64,000 nucleotides of DNA, taken from NCBI GenBank assembly GCA_964035575.1, contig OZ037840.1:930001-994000 (forward strand), in the 5' to 3' direction. The notes beneath the pieces were generated by a model that worked only from the letters and a program-made list of their open reading frames with translations, searched no databases and had not been told where the DNA came from. Positions within the stretch are counted from its first letter, which is position 1. Every line of letters starts with the position of its first letter. Both the position numbers and the translations under genes were made by a program. Below are positions 11,714 to 21,260 of the stretch, piece after piece. This DNA comes from Rhynchopus sp. YZ270_cl-10 (lineage: Eukaryota).

Positions 11714-13807
11714 ATGGGGTCCTCTGGACAGCAGACGATGAAGAAGGCTGACGAAGAGGTGGCAGGGGCGATGTGGAGACCCCGGGCTGAGGACTTTCCA
11801 GACAGCCGACTCGCAGCCAACTTGGCTGATTTTAAGAAAAACGGAGGCATCCTGTGGTGCAGCCGTAAGGAAGTGCAGGAAGCGCTGCAGAAGCCGCAGC
11901 ACGCGCACACGGCAGGGGTACTCGTAGCCCCGGCCGACAAACCACAGGGGTTGGCGGCCCCACTGATCTCCCTCGTGACGGTGCGGGGGGAGGAGATGAG
12001 GACGGAGCGCCGGTTCCTGTGCTCAGTCAGCACCGTACAGGCGGTGCACAAGACGGCGGATGCAAAGCAGCACCAGGGGGCATTGCCCCAAACCAAATAC
12101 GTTGTGGTGGAAAGCCGCAACAGCGTGACCCGTGCCGCAGCATGTGCATGGGTGAAGGCACACGGAGGCGAGGTGCAGGCCGCCGTGGAGCTGAAGGCGA
12201 AGAAGGGGAAGCCAGCCGCAAAGACGGCGGCTTTTAAGATTGGAGTAGACGGCGCGCAGGTGAAGGACGTGCTGGCAGGAAGCGGCGATGACGGCTTCTT
12301 CGCCAGGCCGTTCTTCACCAACGGGTCGGGACGGGGTGGCGACCGGGTGACGCCGCTACCGAGCACAGTGAACCTGGAGACGGCGCGGAACCAGGCCACC
12401 GAGCTGAGCGGGCGAGTGGTGCTGCTGTCGCGGGGCGGACTCGGCGTAGCGGTTCCGGAAGGCACCACACAGGAGCAGGCCAGCAAGGTGTTGGGCGAGC
12501 AGGGGAAGACGAACCTCTGGGCAGAGATGTGGGTGGTGGACGGGCTGCCTCTCTCGCTGTCGAAGAACGGAGTGCGGGCAATCCTGAGCGAGCAGCACGC
12601 GTGGGAGCCGGAGTTGGTGAGGACCGGCAAGCACGGCACGCACAGGGTGCTTCTCGTCCGGGGCGCACCGCCGGGGACGCTGAAGCCGGTAGTGGTGGGG
12701 GAGGACGTGCTGACCTTCCGTCGGTACGACCGTACCAAAGAAGGGTGGCTGTTTGACGCCGCAAATAAAAAAGGAAAAGGAAAAGAGGAAGGAAGGGCGG
12801 CACAGCAGGACTACGTGCCCAAGCCCTACGTGGCAGACCCCGCACAGGACGCCGAGGTGGAGAAGATGCGTCGGGAACTCCTGGAGGCGAAGGAGAGAGA
12901 AGATGCACTGCGGGCAGAGAAGGACGAGATGCAGCAGACGCTGCAACACATGGCGAGCCAGCTGGACCAGCTGATGACGGAGATGCGCGACCTAAAGCTA
13001 CAACAGCGACGCACCGAACCGGAAGAAGAAGAAGAAGAAGGAGAAGGCGAGATGCAAATCGATGAGGAGGTGAAGGTGACGGCACCGCCGAAGAAGGAGA
13101 CGAAGGCGAAGAAGGAACCCACGCAAACTCAGGAGCGGAAGCAACAGCAGCAACAACAGCAGCAGCGGCAACAACAGCAGCAGCGGCAGCAACAGCAGCA
13201 GCGGCAGCAACAACAGCAGAGGCAACAACAACAGCAACGCGAACAGAGAGAAGAAGCAGAAGAACGGCTGCAGGCACAGAGGCGGCAGGAAGAGACGGAC
13301 CGCCGCCGTGAATTCGACACTGCAGAGGCGGAGAGGGCAGAAGCGAAGGCACGCGAAGAAGCACAGTGGCAGGAGTATAACGAAATCCTGAAGAAGACAC
13401 GCCAGGAGGAGTTGGCCGAGGAGAAGAGGAGGAACGCATTCGCCTCAGCAGAAGCGAAACGGCTGGCGAAGGAGGCAGTGCTGCAAGAGGCCGAAGCCTC
13501 TTACGAGGCTTTTTTAAAAAAAAAGCGGGAAACAGAGCGAGAGGAGGAGATGGATCTCGCGACAGCGGCAGCACTGGTGCGCCAGGAGGAGGAACGCCAG
13601 CTGAAACGTGCGAGGGACGTCCTCCACGCAGAAGAACGCCGCCTCCGCATGGGCTTGACGCCACCCAAGCAGCTGAACAGGGGGAAGAGAGCGGAGCGGG
13701 ACGAACGTGACCGTGCCACCCCCAAGAACACACGACGGATCTTAGCGACGACGCCCTCCCCCTCGCCAAGGAAAGAGAAAGAGAAGCGCCGCAGCATGCG
13801 GTACTGA
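11714..13807 (+). CDS. LINE ORF1 (~697 aa): globular N-terminal half, coiled coils, poly-Q/(QQQQR) tract, basic C-terminus
   Basis: Long GC-rich ORF directly upstream of the APE region; first ATG at 11714, 84 nt after the SL relic. No CCHC knuckles seen. Confidence 0.75.
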   Translation: MGSSGQQTMKKADEEVAGAMWRPRAEDFPDSRLAANLADFKKNGGILWCSRKEVQEALQKPQHAHTAGVLVAPADKPQGLAAPLISLVTVRGEEMRTERRFLCSVSTVQAVHKTADAKQHQGALPQTKYVVVESRNSVTRAAACAWVKAHGGEVQAAVELKAKKGKPAAKTAAFKIGVDGAQVKDVLAGSGDDGFFARPFFTNGSGRGGDRVTPLPSTVNLETARNQATELSGRVVLLSRGGLGVAVPEGTTQEQASKVLGEQGKTNLWAEMWVVDGLPLSLSKNGVRAILSEQHAWEPELVRTGKHGTHRVLLVRGAPPGTLKPVVVGEDVLTFRRYDRTKEGWLFDAANKKGKGKEEGRAAQQDYVPKPYVADPAQDAEVEKMRRELLEAKEREDALRAEKDEMQQTLQHMASQLDQLMTEMRDLKLQQRRTEPEEEEEEGEGEMQIDEEVKVTAPPKKETKAKKEPTQTQERKQQQQQQQQRQQQQQRQQQQQRQQQQQRQQQQQREQREEAEERLQAQRRQEETDRRREFDTAEAERAEAKAREEAQWQEYNEILKKTRQEELAEEKRRNAFASAEAKRLAKEAVLQEAEASYEAFLKKKRETEREEEMDLATAAALVRQEEERQLKRARDVLHAEERRLRMGLTPPKQLNRGKRAERDERDRATPKNTRRILATTPSPSPRKEKEKRRSMRY

Positions 13808-13915
13808 CTGTTGTGTCTGGTGTTGCTGTTGGTGTGGTTAATGCTGGATAGTGTGCTGCTGCTGCTACTGCCTTTTTTGCTTCCGTACAAGTGGAAGACC
13901 CACGCACACCCAAGG

Positions 13916-14761
13916 ATGACTCATCAACACCACTCAGGTCGACCGAACACCGACCCCACACTCGACAAGACCTCCTCCACCATCAAGAGCAACCAACTGC
14001 TAGAGGACGGCATCGAGCCTGAGCCAGGACCAGAGCCAGAACCAGAGCAAGGACCAAAACCAAGAACCCTTCGCTGCATGAGTTGGAATGCGGGGGGGCT
14101 GACGGGCCCGAAGAAAGGGGAGCTGAAGCAGGTCCTGGAGAAGGAGAAGTACGATGTAGTACACCTCCAAGAACTCATGGCGGCGCAAACGGGCAAGCTG
14201 AACTTTGACGGGTACAGGACTTTCCTGCGGGTGCGAACGGTAGCTCGAAAAAAAGACACCAGCGAGACGCATGGGGGAGGGATTGCGACACTGGTGAAGA
14301 AGAACTTGCGTGCGACAGAACAACCCTTCGAAGCGTGGGAGACCACAGAGAGGCTGGATGTGATTGTGGAGGGCGTGCTCTTCACGAATGTGTACCGGCC
14401 GAGCGGGGTGGGTCTACAGAAGGGGGACCAGAGAGAGGATGACTTCGCAACGCAGGATCTGCCAACGGGAGAGGGCTGCGTGATCGCAGGGGACATCAAC
14501 GCACATCACCAGGCGTGGAGTCAGGCGAAAATCCCCAACCAAACGGGAACTGACCTACACGACTGGGCGTTGGGGAACAACATGCGATGCTGGAACAAGA
14601 AGGAAGCAACGCGGATCCAGCGCGGTACCAAAACGTCACCAGATGTGGTCTTCGCAGACAGAGACTGGGCCGACCCCATATGGCAAACACGGGAAACGCT
14701 CAACTCCGACCACCTGCCGATAGAGTTTGAAGTGCAAGCGAACACCTCCAACACATCCTGA
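13916..14761 (+). CDS. LINE ORF2 part 1: 2A-like motif plus APE endonuclease (start uncertain; frame open from 13808)
   Basis: APE motifs SWNAGGL, VVHLQE, GGGIATLV, NVYRP, IAGDINAHH, SPDVVF and SDHLPI. Ends at TCC-TGA. Confidence 0.85.
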   Translation: MTHQHHSGRPNTDPTLDKTSSTIKSNQLLEDGIEPEPGPEPEPEQGPKPRTLRCMSWNAGGLTGPKKGELKQVLEKEKYDVVHLQELMAAQTGKLNFDGYRTFLRVRTVARKKDTSETHGGGIATLVKKNLRATEQPFEAWETTERLDVIVEGVLFTNVYRPSGVGLQKGDQREDDFATQDLPTGEGCVIAGDINAHHQAWSQAKIPNQTGTDLHDWALGNNMRCWNKKEATRIQRGTKTSPDVVFADRDWADPIWQTRETLNSDHLPIEFEVQANTSNTS

Positions 14762-17700
14762 GGTGAAACTCAAAAAAGAGCTGTGGAACTGGAAGAAGGC
14801 GAACTGGGCAGGCTTCACCAAGGAGATGGAGCGCAGTTCGCCAGACGCAATGAAGTGGGGCTCGATCAGCACCGCAGCAGCCAAGTGGGCAGGGATGGTG
14901 AAGAACATCGCGAGGAGGCACATACCCAGAGGCAAGGCAAGGAAGAAGAAGCGACGCTGGTGCAACGGTGCGGTGAAGAAGGCCCAGAAGCAACGAGACA
15001 GAGAACTCCGCAGACAGCAGAAGGAGGAGACCCTGACCGTGGCCGACGGGGACGCACTCACGGAACTCCGGCGGCAGACGGCCAATGCGATACGGAAGGC
15101 GAAGAGAGAGGTGTGGGAGGACAAGTGCACCAAGGCAGTAGCAACCTCCGGGGCCTTCAGGCTGCTGCGCGAGTTGGACGGACGGGCGGACAAGGCGCAG
15201 TCGTACCCCATAAAAGTGAAAAAAGAGGGACAACAGGAAAAACAACAGCTCTCCACCAACAAGGAGAAGGCGGACGCACTGGGGGAGCACTACTGCAGCG
15301 TGAGTGACGGCACAGGCCTACCGGATGCGGAGCAGCAAACTACGGCAGGATCCCAAGGAGCTGAAGCACCCCTGACACTGGAGGAGCTGGACGCCGCACT
15401 GAACGTCCTAGAAGCAGGAAAGTCACCTGGAGCGGATGGGATACACAACGAGATGTTGATGCACCTCGGACCCGCCGCAAAAAAAGGGCTTCTACATGTG
15501 ATGAACCTCTCGTGGAAGCAGGGGCAACTACCCAAAGAATGGAAGAAGGCCATACTTTTCCCTATCCACAAACAAGGGAAGCCAGAGGAAGACCTCGAAT
15601 CCTACCGGCCGATAGCCCTGACGAGTACCGTGAGTAAGGTGATGGAACACGTGCTAGCGAACAGACTGCTCCAGCTGATGGAAGACCCAAACGAGGCCAC
15701 ACAGAACCTACATCCCAAACAGACAGGATTCAGACGCTTCCGTTCCGCCGTGGACAACTTGGCCTACATCACGCAGCTGGCTAAGGACTCCGCAGCGAAG
15801 AAAGAAGTCCCCATCATTCTGACGCTGGACCTCGACAAGGCCTACGACAAGGTTAAACGGGGGAAAATTCTGGAAAGGCTCCACCAACACCAGGTACCAG
15901 AGCGATACATCAGGTGGCTCACGGATTACCTGAAGCACAGAACGGCAAGGACAACGGTGGAAGGAACACGGAGCGAGGAATACGTGATGCGGGAGGGTGT
16001 TCCCCAGGGCACAGTGCTCTCACCACTGCTGTTCAATCTGGTGATGACGGAGGTGGCAGAGATCCTGGAAGGAACGACGGCCCACTTCTGCATCTTCGCT
16101 GACGACCTGGCCATCATGTGTACGGAGCGCACACTGGAGGAAGCAACAGCGGCGATACAGAAGGTCCTTACACTGCTAGAGGAACACCTCCCCAAACTTG
16201 GATTCACGATATCCCGCAGGAAAACCTTCGTGATGCCAGTGACCGAGAAGGGCGATCGTGCCGACATCAGAAAAGCTAAGTGCGAAGTGAAGTACGCAGA
16301 CGGAGCAGTGGTGAACCGTGCGCAGACGGTCCGTTACCTGGGGGTGGAACTGGATGACGCGCTGACGATGCAACCACAACTAGCGGCGGTGAAGACAAAG
16401 TTCCTCAAAAAACTTTCTCTGATCCAGCTCATGGCTGGACGGGACTGGGGGTGCGATGCCCACATGCTGAGACAGGTGTACATGACGTACGTGCTCCCGA
16501 CCATAACGTATGCACTGGCGGTGTGGGGACCAGCGCTAAATGAGGCAGGCCTTGAAACTCTGGAAGTACTCCACCGAAGGGGGGCGAGGGTCATCACCGG
16601 GTGTAACTACTACACCAAAGCAGAGGACCTACTCTGGGAAGCTCACCTGAGGAAGATACGAGAGCACGTCGAATACGATGCAGCAGCCCTGTACGAACGT
16701 GCACGTCGACAACTGGAGACCCCAGCAGAGTGTGCAATGCATTCAAGCGATACGAAACTGACTTGGTTACGGTCGGCGAAGGACACAGTGGAACAGACGA
16801 AGATGTACCGCCACGACCAACCAGCGATGTCCCAGACACACTACCCGGTGGCACCCTGGCGCTGGAAGGAGGTCCTCCCCAAGGTCGACATCCGGCCCTA
16901 CGTGGCTGGCTTCAAGAAGGGCACGCAGACGGACGCAGAGGCGAGAAGCTTGACAGAGCAGACCATCGCAGAGCTGCCACCAGCGGACCTTCACGTCTAT
17001 ACAGACGGGTCGGTGGAAGGCGGACGAGGCCACGGGGGTGCAGGCATTGTGGTCTACCCGGGAGACAGCGACAAAGAAATAGCGACAGCCAACGTCGGAG
17101 CAGGGCGGATGAGCATATCGTACACCGCCGAGCTGGTGGCCATCAGAGAGGCACTTCCGATGGTGGAGGAACTGCACCGCACAGACCACAAACACAACAC
17201 GGTGGTAATCCTCACAGACAGCCAGTCAGCACTACGTGCGTTGGAGACAGGTCCGGTGAAGGCTACGGGACTTCTCTGCGACGTGTGGTCGGCACTACAC
17301 CGGGCTACAACCAAGGTGCGGGTGATCATGCAGTACATCCCGTCACATGTGGGGGTGAGTGGAAATGAGGAAGCGGACCACGAAGCCAAGTTAGGTACGG
17401 CCACGTACCAAGCAGAACGGGCATCACAAAAAGGCCGCCTACAAGAGGAACCACTCACGCTCCTCGCGTGCAAAGCGGCGATACGCGCAGTCTGCTCCAG
17501 CTACACACCCCAACCGGCGAGCGAACTCTACAGCACGATCACGGCGGACACCCCGAAGGGAGTGGCGCGACCCAAGCTGAGCACACCGGAGCTCACGCGG
17601 CGGGGAGCAGTGCAGATGAGACTGCTGCGGACAGAGCGCCACCCTGCGCTGTTCGACTACATGGGCAGCAACGACGTGGCACGCTGCAACAACTGCACGG

Positions 17701-17894
17701 CAAAAGCAAAGGCGACACTGAAACATATGTTCAAAGTGTGTTCAGCCACCAAGGCACTAAGGACAGACCTACTGCCAAACAAGTCGCTCAAGTTCTTACT
17801 GCTAGAGCAACCCCAGTTGTGCCTGAAGTACATCAGCGCGGCAAAACTGACAGAGGCCAGCCTGCCTGAACTCGTGCGGAGCAACACCTGCTGA
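14760..17894 (+). CDS. LINE ORF2 part 2: reverse transcriptase + RNase H + CCHC finger (+1 frame relative to APE)
   Basis: WNWKKANW linker, KSPGADGI, SYRPIALTS, LDLDKAYD, GVPQGTVLSPLLFN, FADD, YLGV. RNase H motifs VYTDGS, AELVAI, LTDSQSAL, IPSHVGVSGNEEAD. C-terminal CNNC..H..C. Confidence 0.93.
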   Translation, partial: EVKLKKELWNWKKANWAGFTKEMERSSPDAMKWGSISTAAAKWAGMVKNIARRHIPRGKARKKKRRWCNGAVKKAQKQRDRELRRQQKEETLTVADGDALTELRRQTANAIRKAKREVWEDKCTKAVATSGAFRLLRELDGRADKAQSYPIKVKKEGQQEKQQLSTNKEKADALGEHYCSVSDGTGLPDAEQQTTAGSQGAEAPLTLEELDAALNVLEAGKSPGADGIHNEMLMHLGPAAKKGLLHVMNLSWKQGQLPKEWKKAILFPIHKQGKPEEDLESYRPIALTSTVSKVMEHVLANRLLQLMEDPNEATQNLHPKQTGFRRFRSAVDNLAYITQLAKDSAAKKEVPIILTLDLDKAYDKVKRGKILERLHQHQVPERYIRWLTDYLKHRTARTTVEGTRSEEYVMREGVPQGTVLSPLLFNLVMTEVAEILEGTTAHFCIFADDLAIMCTERTLEEATAAIQKVLTLLEEHLPKLGFTISRRKTFVMPVTEKGDRADIRKAKCEVKYADGAVVNRAQTVRYLGVELDDALTMQPQLAAVKTKFLKKLSLIQLMAGRDWGCDAHMLRQVYMTYVLPTITYALAVWGPALNEAGLETLEVLHRRGARVITGCNYYTKAEDLLWEAHLRKIREHVEYDAAALYERARRQLETPAECAMHSSDTKLTWLRSAKDTVEQTKMYRHDQPAMSQTHYPVAPWRWKEVLPKVDIRPYVAGFKKGTQTDAEARSLTEQTIAELPPADLHVYTDGSVEGGRGHGGAGIVVYPGDSDKEIATANVGAGRMSISYTAELVAIREALPMVEELHRTDHKHNTVVILTDSQSALRALETGPVKATGLLCDVWSALHRATTKVRVIMQYIPSHVGVSGNEEADHEAKLGTATYQAERASQKGRLQEEPLTLLACKAAIRAVCSSYTPQPASELYSTITADTPKGVARPKLSTPELTRRGAVQMRLLRTERHPALFDYMGSNDVARCNNCTAKAKATLKHMFKVCSATKALRTDLLPNKSLKFLLLEQPQLCLKYISAAKLTEASLPELVRSNTC

Positions 17895-18081
17895 GGAGAC
17901 GCCGGCCAAAACTTGAAACAATAAAGAAAAGAGAAAAAAAAACCACGAACAAAAAGCAAGCCCAGGACGTACCTGCGGCACCACGACCAGCGCAACTGAC
18001 GGTTGCGAAGACAAAACATGTGCGGAACGCCGTCTTCTACGAAGACGTGTGTTACACTTTCAAACATACTTTTTACTTTTC

Positions 18082-18156
18082 AAAAAAAAACAATAAAAAA
18101 ACAAAAAAAAATCAAAAAAAAAAAAAACAAAAAAAAAAAAAACAAAAAAAAACAAA
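18082..18156 (+). repeat. A-rich 3' tail of the LINE
   Basis: About 75 nt of A runs interrupted by single C/T, ~190 nt after the RT stop codon. Confidence 0.8.
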
Positions 18157-19370
18157 TCATTGCTTTTCCTTTTAATTTATAAAGTGCCCAGGCCCCGGGG
18201 GGCTTGGGTGCACTTTATAAATTTTTTTTTTATCATATTTTCTTTTTCCTTTTGACTCCGTGGTTAACCTCGTGTGAGGTTGCGCGGAGTTCGCAGTCAG
18301 GCCAGGGAGCCACGTAACAAGGCTCGACTGCCACATAGTGGGGGGAGATCTGTGCAGCCTGTATGTTCCCCCCGATTTTCGTGGTAAATGGGAGGCGCTT
18401 CCGTTTAACGGCAACCCACAAGAGTAGAACAACAACCAAACTTTTGAGAAACAGACGCCAATGAGACCTAGAGTCTCTCTTCTTACTTGTGTGCTACAGA
18501 CAAACATGACAACGCTAACCACGACTGCCACGGCAGAGCGGGGTCCCAAACGGTTCACTGGGGGGGATCCACATAGATACAGAAAACAAAAAATACGAAA
18601 GCAAGGAAGAAAACCAGTAAAAAAAAAAAAAAAAAAAAAAAAAAAGTCGGATTTTTGGATTTTTTCTGAATTGTATCTCCTCATACAAGGCTACAACCAA
18701 ATCTGTAGCGGTTTCGTATGTGCATGTGACCCCACCATAAAGACCATTCGGTCCGTTCAATCAAAAGAAATAGATGTTCGCAACTCATAAAAAAGTAGCG
18801 TACCGTGCAGCTAAAAATTACAAGCGGTAGCCCACAGCTCTACCCTACCTATGCCATAGTTTGGCTATAAAAGCGTGCGATTTTATGTCACAATTTTTGA
18901 AATTTTGCGTACCGTGGCTTCGCCAGAAAAGTTTTGGTGCCATATATGGTCAGACAAGGACGCGGAGGGGAAAGAGTTGTGGATGTCTCCGTCGGAAATG
19001 TGTGGGGGGGGAAAAAATCGCCTCACACCGGCTTTTTGGCTCACACCGGCTTTTTTTCAAAATTTCAAACTACTAATGTCCCCTGATAGAATGGAAAACA
19101 AACAAAAAAAAAAAAAACTTTTGTATTTTGTGTATTCCCTTACCAAAAAACTGAAGTAGAAGGTACCAAATGTTCACACGAACATTGATTTCACGACATT
19201 CACCCACCATATAAAGGCAAATCACTGAAGATGTCCACCCTTTCGAATACAACTGTACGATGCGTAATACTGAAACAGGGTTAATGCCAGAAACCCTATC
19301 TACGGAAGTTTCCACTTGTGCATGCAATAATTATTAGTTTAGTTTTCTTTTTCATGTTTTGCAAAACATA

Positions 19371-20204
19371 TCGGCCGCGTACATATGACGTCGCTTTTTG
19401 GGAAGAGCAGGCCCCCAAAAAGGGACCTGCTAAGTACACACCGCACACCGTCAGCGACGCGGAGAAGCGGCAGATGAATGAGGATAAGAAGAGAGGAAGA
19501 CGCTGGTGCTGGCGGAGATGCACGGGTGGGAGAGTGTTGAGAATGACGATGCGGAGCCCGCACGAAGCCCCAAGCGAGCGAAGAAGCGTTGCAAGCAGTG
19601 CGGCCGCTACGGGCACTTGGCGAAGACGTGCTCGCACGATGACTTCACCTTCGAAAATCACGACGCGTTTGCATGTTGCAATCTGTGCCCAATGTAACCT
19701 GATAAAGGCTTCCCATTCCCACTCACCCTTAGCAGCCGTGAAGGGTTTCTGGGATTTCTCTTGGTGTTGGCGTGTTGGCTCTCGGCCCTTATAAGGTTAC
19801 ATTGGGCACAGATTGCAACATGCAAACGCGTCGTGATTTTCGAAGGTGAAGTCATCGTGCGAGCACGTCTTCGCCAAGTGCCCGTAGCGGCCGCACTGCT
19901 TGCAACGCTTCTTCGCTCGCTTGGGGCTTCGTGCGGGCTCCGCTTCGTCATTCTCAACACTCTCCCACCCGTGCATCTCCGCCAGCACCAGCGTCTTCCT
20001 CTCTTCTTATCCTCATTCATCTGCCGCTTCTCCGCGTCGCTGACTTGCTTTCTGTGCTTTGTGTCGCACCAGTGATGTGCCCCAACTGTATTCCATCATG
20101 AGTACCCACCTTTTTTTTCATGAACCTTACGGTGTACTTATTACGTCGCTTTTTGGGTGCCCGCGGCCCCAAATAAGTACGCGACGTCATATTTACGCGG
20201 CCGG
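19371..20204. mobile_element. TA-flanked TIR element (pogo/Fot1-like derivative) with an internal inverted duplication
   Basis: TIRs (T/C)CGGCCGCGTA(C/A)ATATGACGTCGC match 22/24; TA at 19369-19370 and 20205-20206. Internal ~250-bp inverted repeat (19450-19700 / 19794-20044) encodes CKQCGRYGHLAKTC. Confidence 0.75.
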
Positions 20205-20348
20205 TAGTAGTTTGTTAATTACACAGTGCACTATTCGAGTGAAGCTCAAAGCATGCACATAAAATGAATGAAATGTGATCCAAGACATACTACAGTATCT
20301 CCCCTCCCCTCTTTTCCGAACACTCCTTGCTCTTTCTGCCTGCACATG

Positions 20349-20458
20349 GAAGCACCCCAAAAAAAATATTTTTTAAAGCCCTTCAACTTCAACATGGATG
20401 CTGCCGAAACTGAAGCACAATTTTAGGGCTTTAAAAAATATTTTTTTTGGGGTGCTTC
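20349..20458. mobile_element. 110-bp hairpin MITE
   Basis: ~34-bp TIRs GAAGCACCCCAAAAAAAATATTTTTTAAAGCCCT and its reverse complement; TA only on the right side. Confidence 0.7.
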
Positions 20459-20460
20459 TA

Positions 20461-21004
20461 CTCACTCTGAGTGGGTGTGTGATGGATATTCGGGACTATG
20501 TGGGGTCCGGGAGGGGTATTTTGGGGGTTTCAGGCAAAAAAACGAAAAAAATATGACCGTAACAGGGGGTGTGCAAAGTGTCTTGGGGATGTCTTGGGGA
20601 CGTCTTGGGCATTTTTTTGACCTAAAAACACCAAAAAAACACTTCCAAAAGTGTCAAATATGTCCAAAACAGGTTGGAATGGACTCACAGGCCACTTTTG
20701 GGGTATATTTGTGCCAAAGGAGGCTTTGTGATGTCAAAAAATATCCCGGTTTTTGATTTTTTTCTCGAAAAATCGCTATTTTGCCCAAAGTGGCCAAAAC
20801 GTGAAAAAAGCCGTTTTTTCACTATTTTTTTCCATTTTTTTGTATTCTGGGGTGGCTTCTGGGTCGTTTTTCGACCCACAGGCCCCCTGTGACCCACTCT
20901 GAGGGTGTTTTTCACCCGCAGTTGCCTTGGAGATGGCCAGATAATGCCAAATGAATTTTCCGTGCGTTTGGTCCCAGCCAAAATGGCTGGAGTCGTATCC
21001 CCTA
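20461..21004. mobile_element. Partial relative of the TAGGGG-ended palindromic family
   Basis: Shares motifs such as ACCTAAAAACACCAAAAAA and AATGGACTCA with the right arms of 2354-3931 and 22278-23841. Ends CCCCTA next to G12. Confidence 0.5.
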
Positions 21005-21260
21005 GGGGGGGGGGGGAGGGAGGGAAACGAAAAGTGAAAAGTGGAAAAATGGTGACTCTAGTGTCTATGAGGCGGTCCGACGACGCGTCTGCACAAGACT
21101 CCGCAGGCGACTGGCATGCCACGTCTCTCCTTCAGGAGGCCGCTCGGTAGGTCATTTGGCATTATTTACATGGGAGAGGAAGGAGCGTCGTGCGCTCTGT
21201 ACATGAGTGTGATGGTAAACGAGACAATCACTTTATACACATTCAGGATACACAGACAAA

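Larger units (their letters stand above)
11592..18156 (+). mobile_element. Full-length non-LTR retrotransposon (APE-RT-RNase H; I-group/Ingi-like)
   Basis: SL-like 5' end, ORF1, APE endonuclease, RT, RNase H, C-terminal CCHC finger, short 3' UTR and A-rich tail. Confidence 0.92.
11509..19085. mobile_element. hAT-like non-autonomous shell enclosing the LINE
   Basis: TIRs CAGGGGATATTAGTA (11509-11523) and TACTAATGTCCCCTG (19071-19085), 14/15 match. CACACCGG/CCGGTGTG subterminal repeats at both ends. No clear 8-bp TSD. Confidence 0.6.

Noticed and set aside
11592..11760. Functional SL RNA gene
   Set aside because: The exon is not followed by a GT donor, Sm-site-bearing intron or T tract, and it is not in a tandem SL/5S repeat.
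11608..13961. Long minus-strand ORFs (376 and 548 aa) over ORF1
   Set aside because: Antisense shadows of a GC-rich, repetitive coding strand with no domain motifs.
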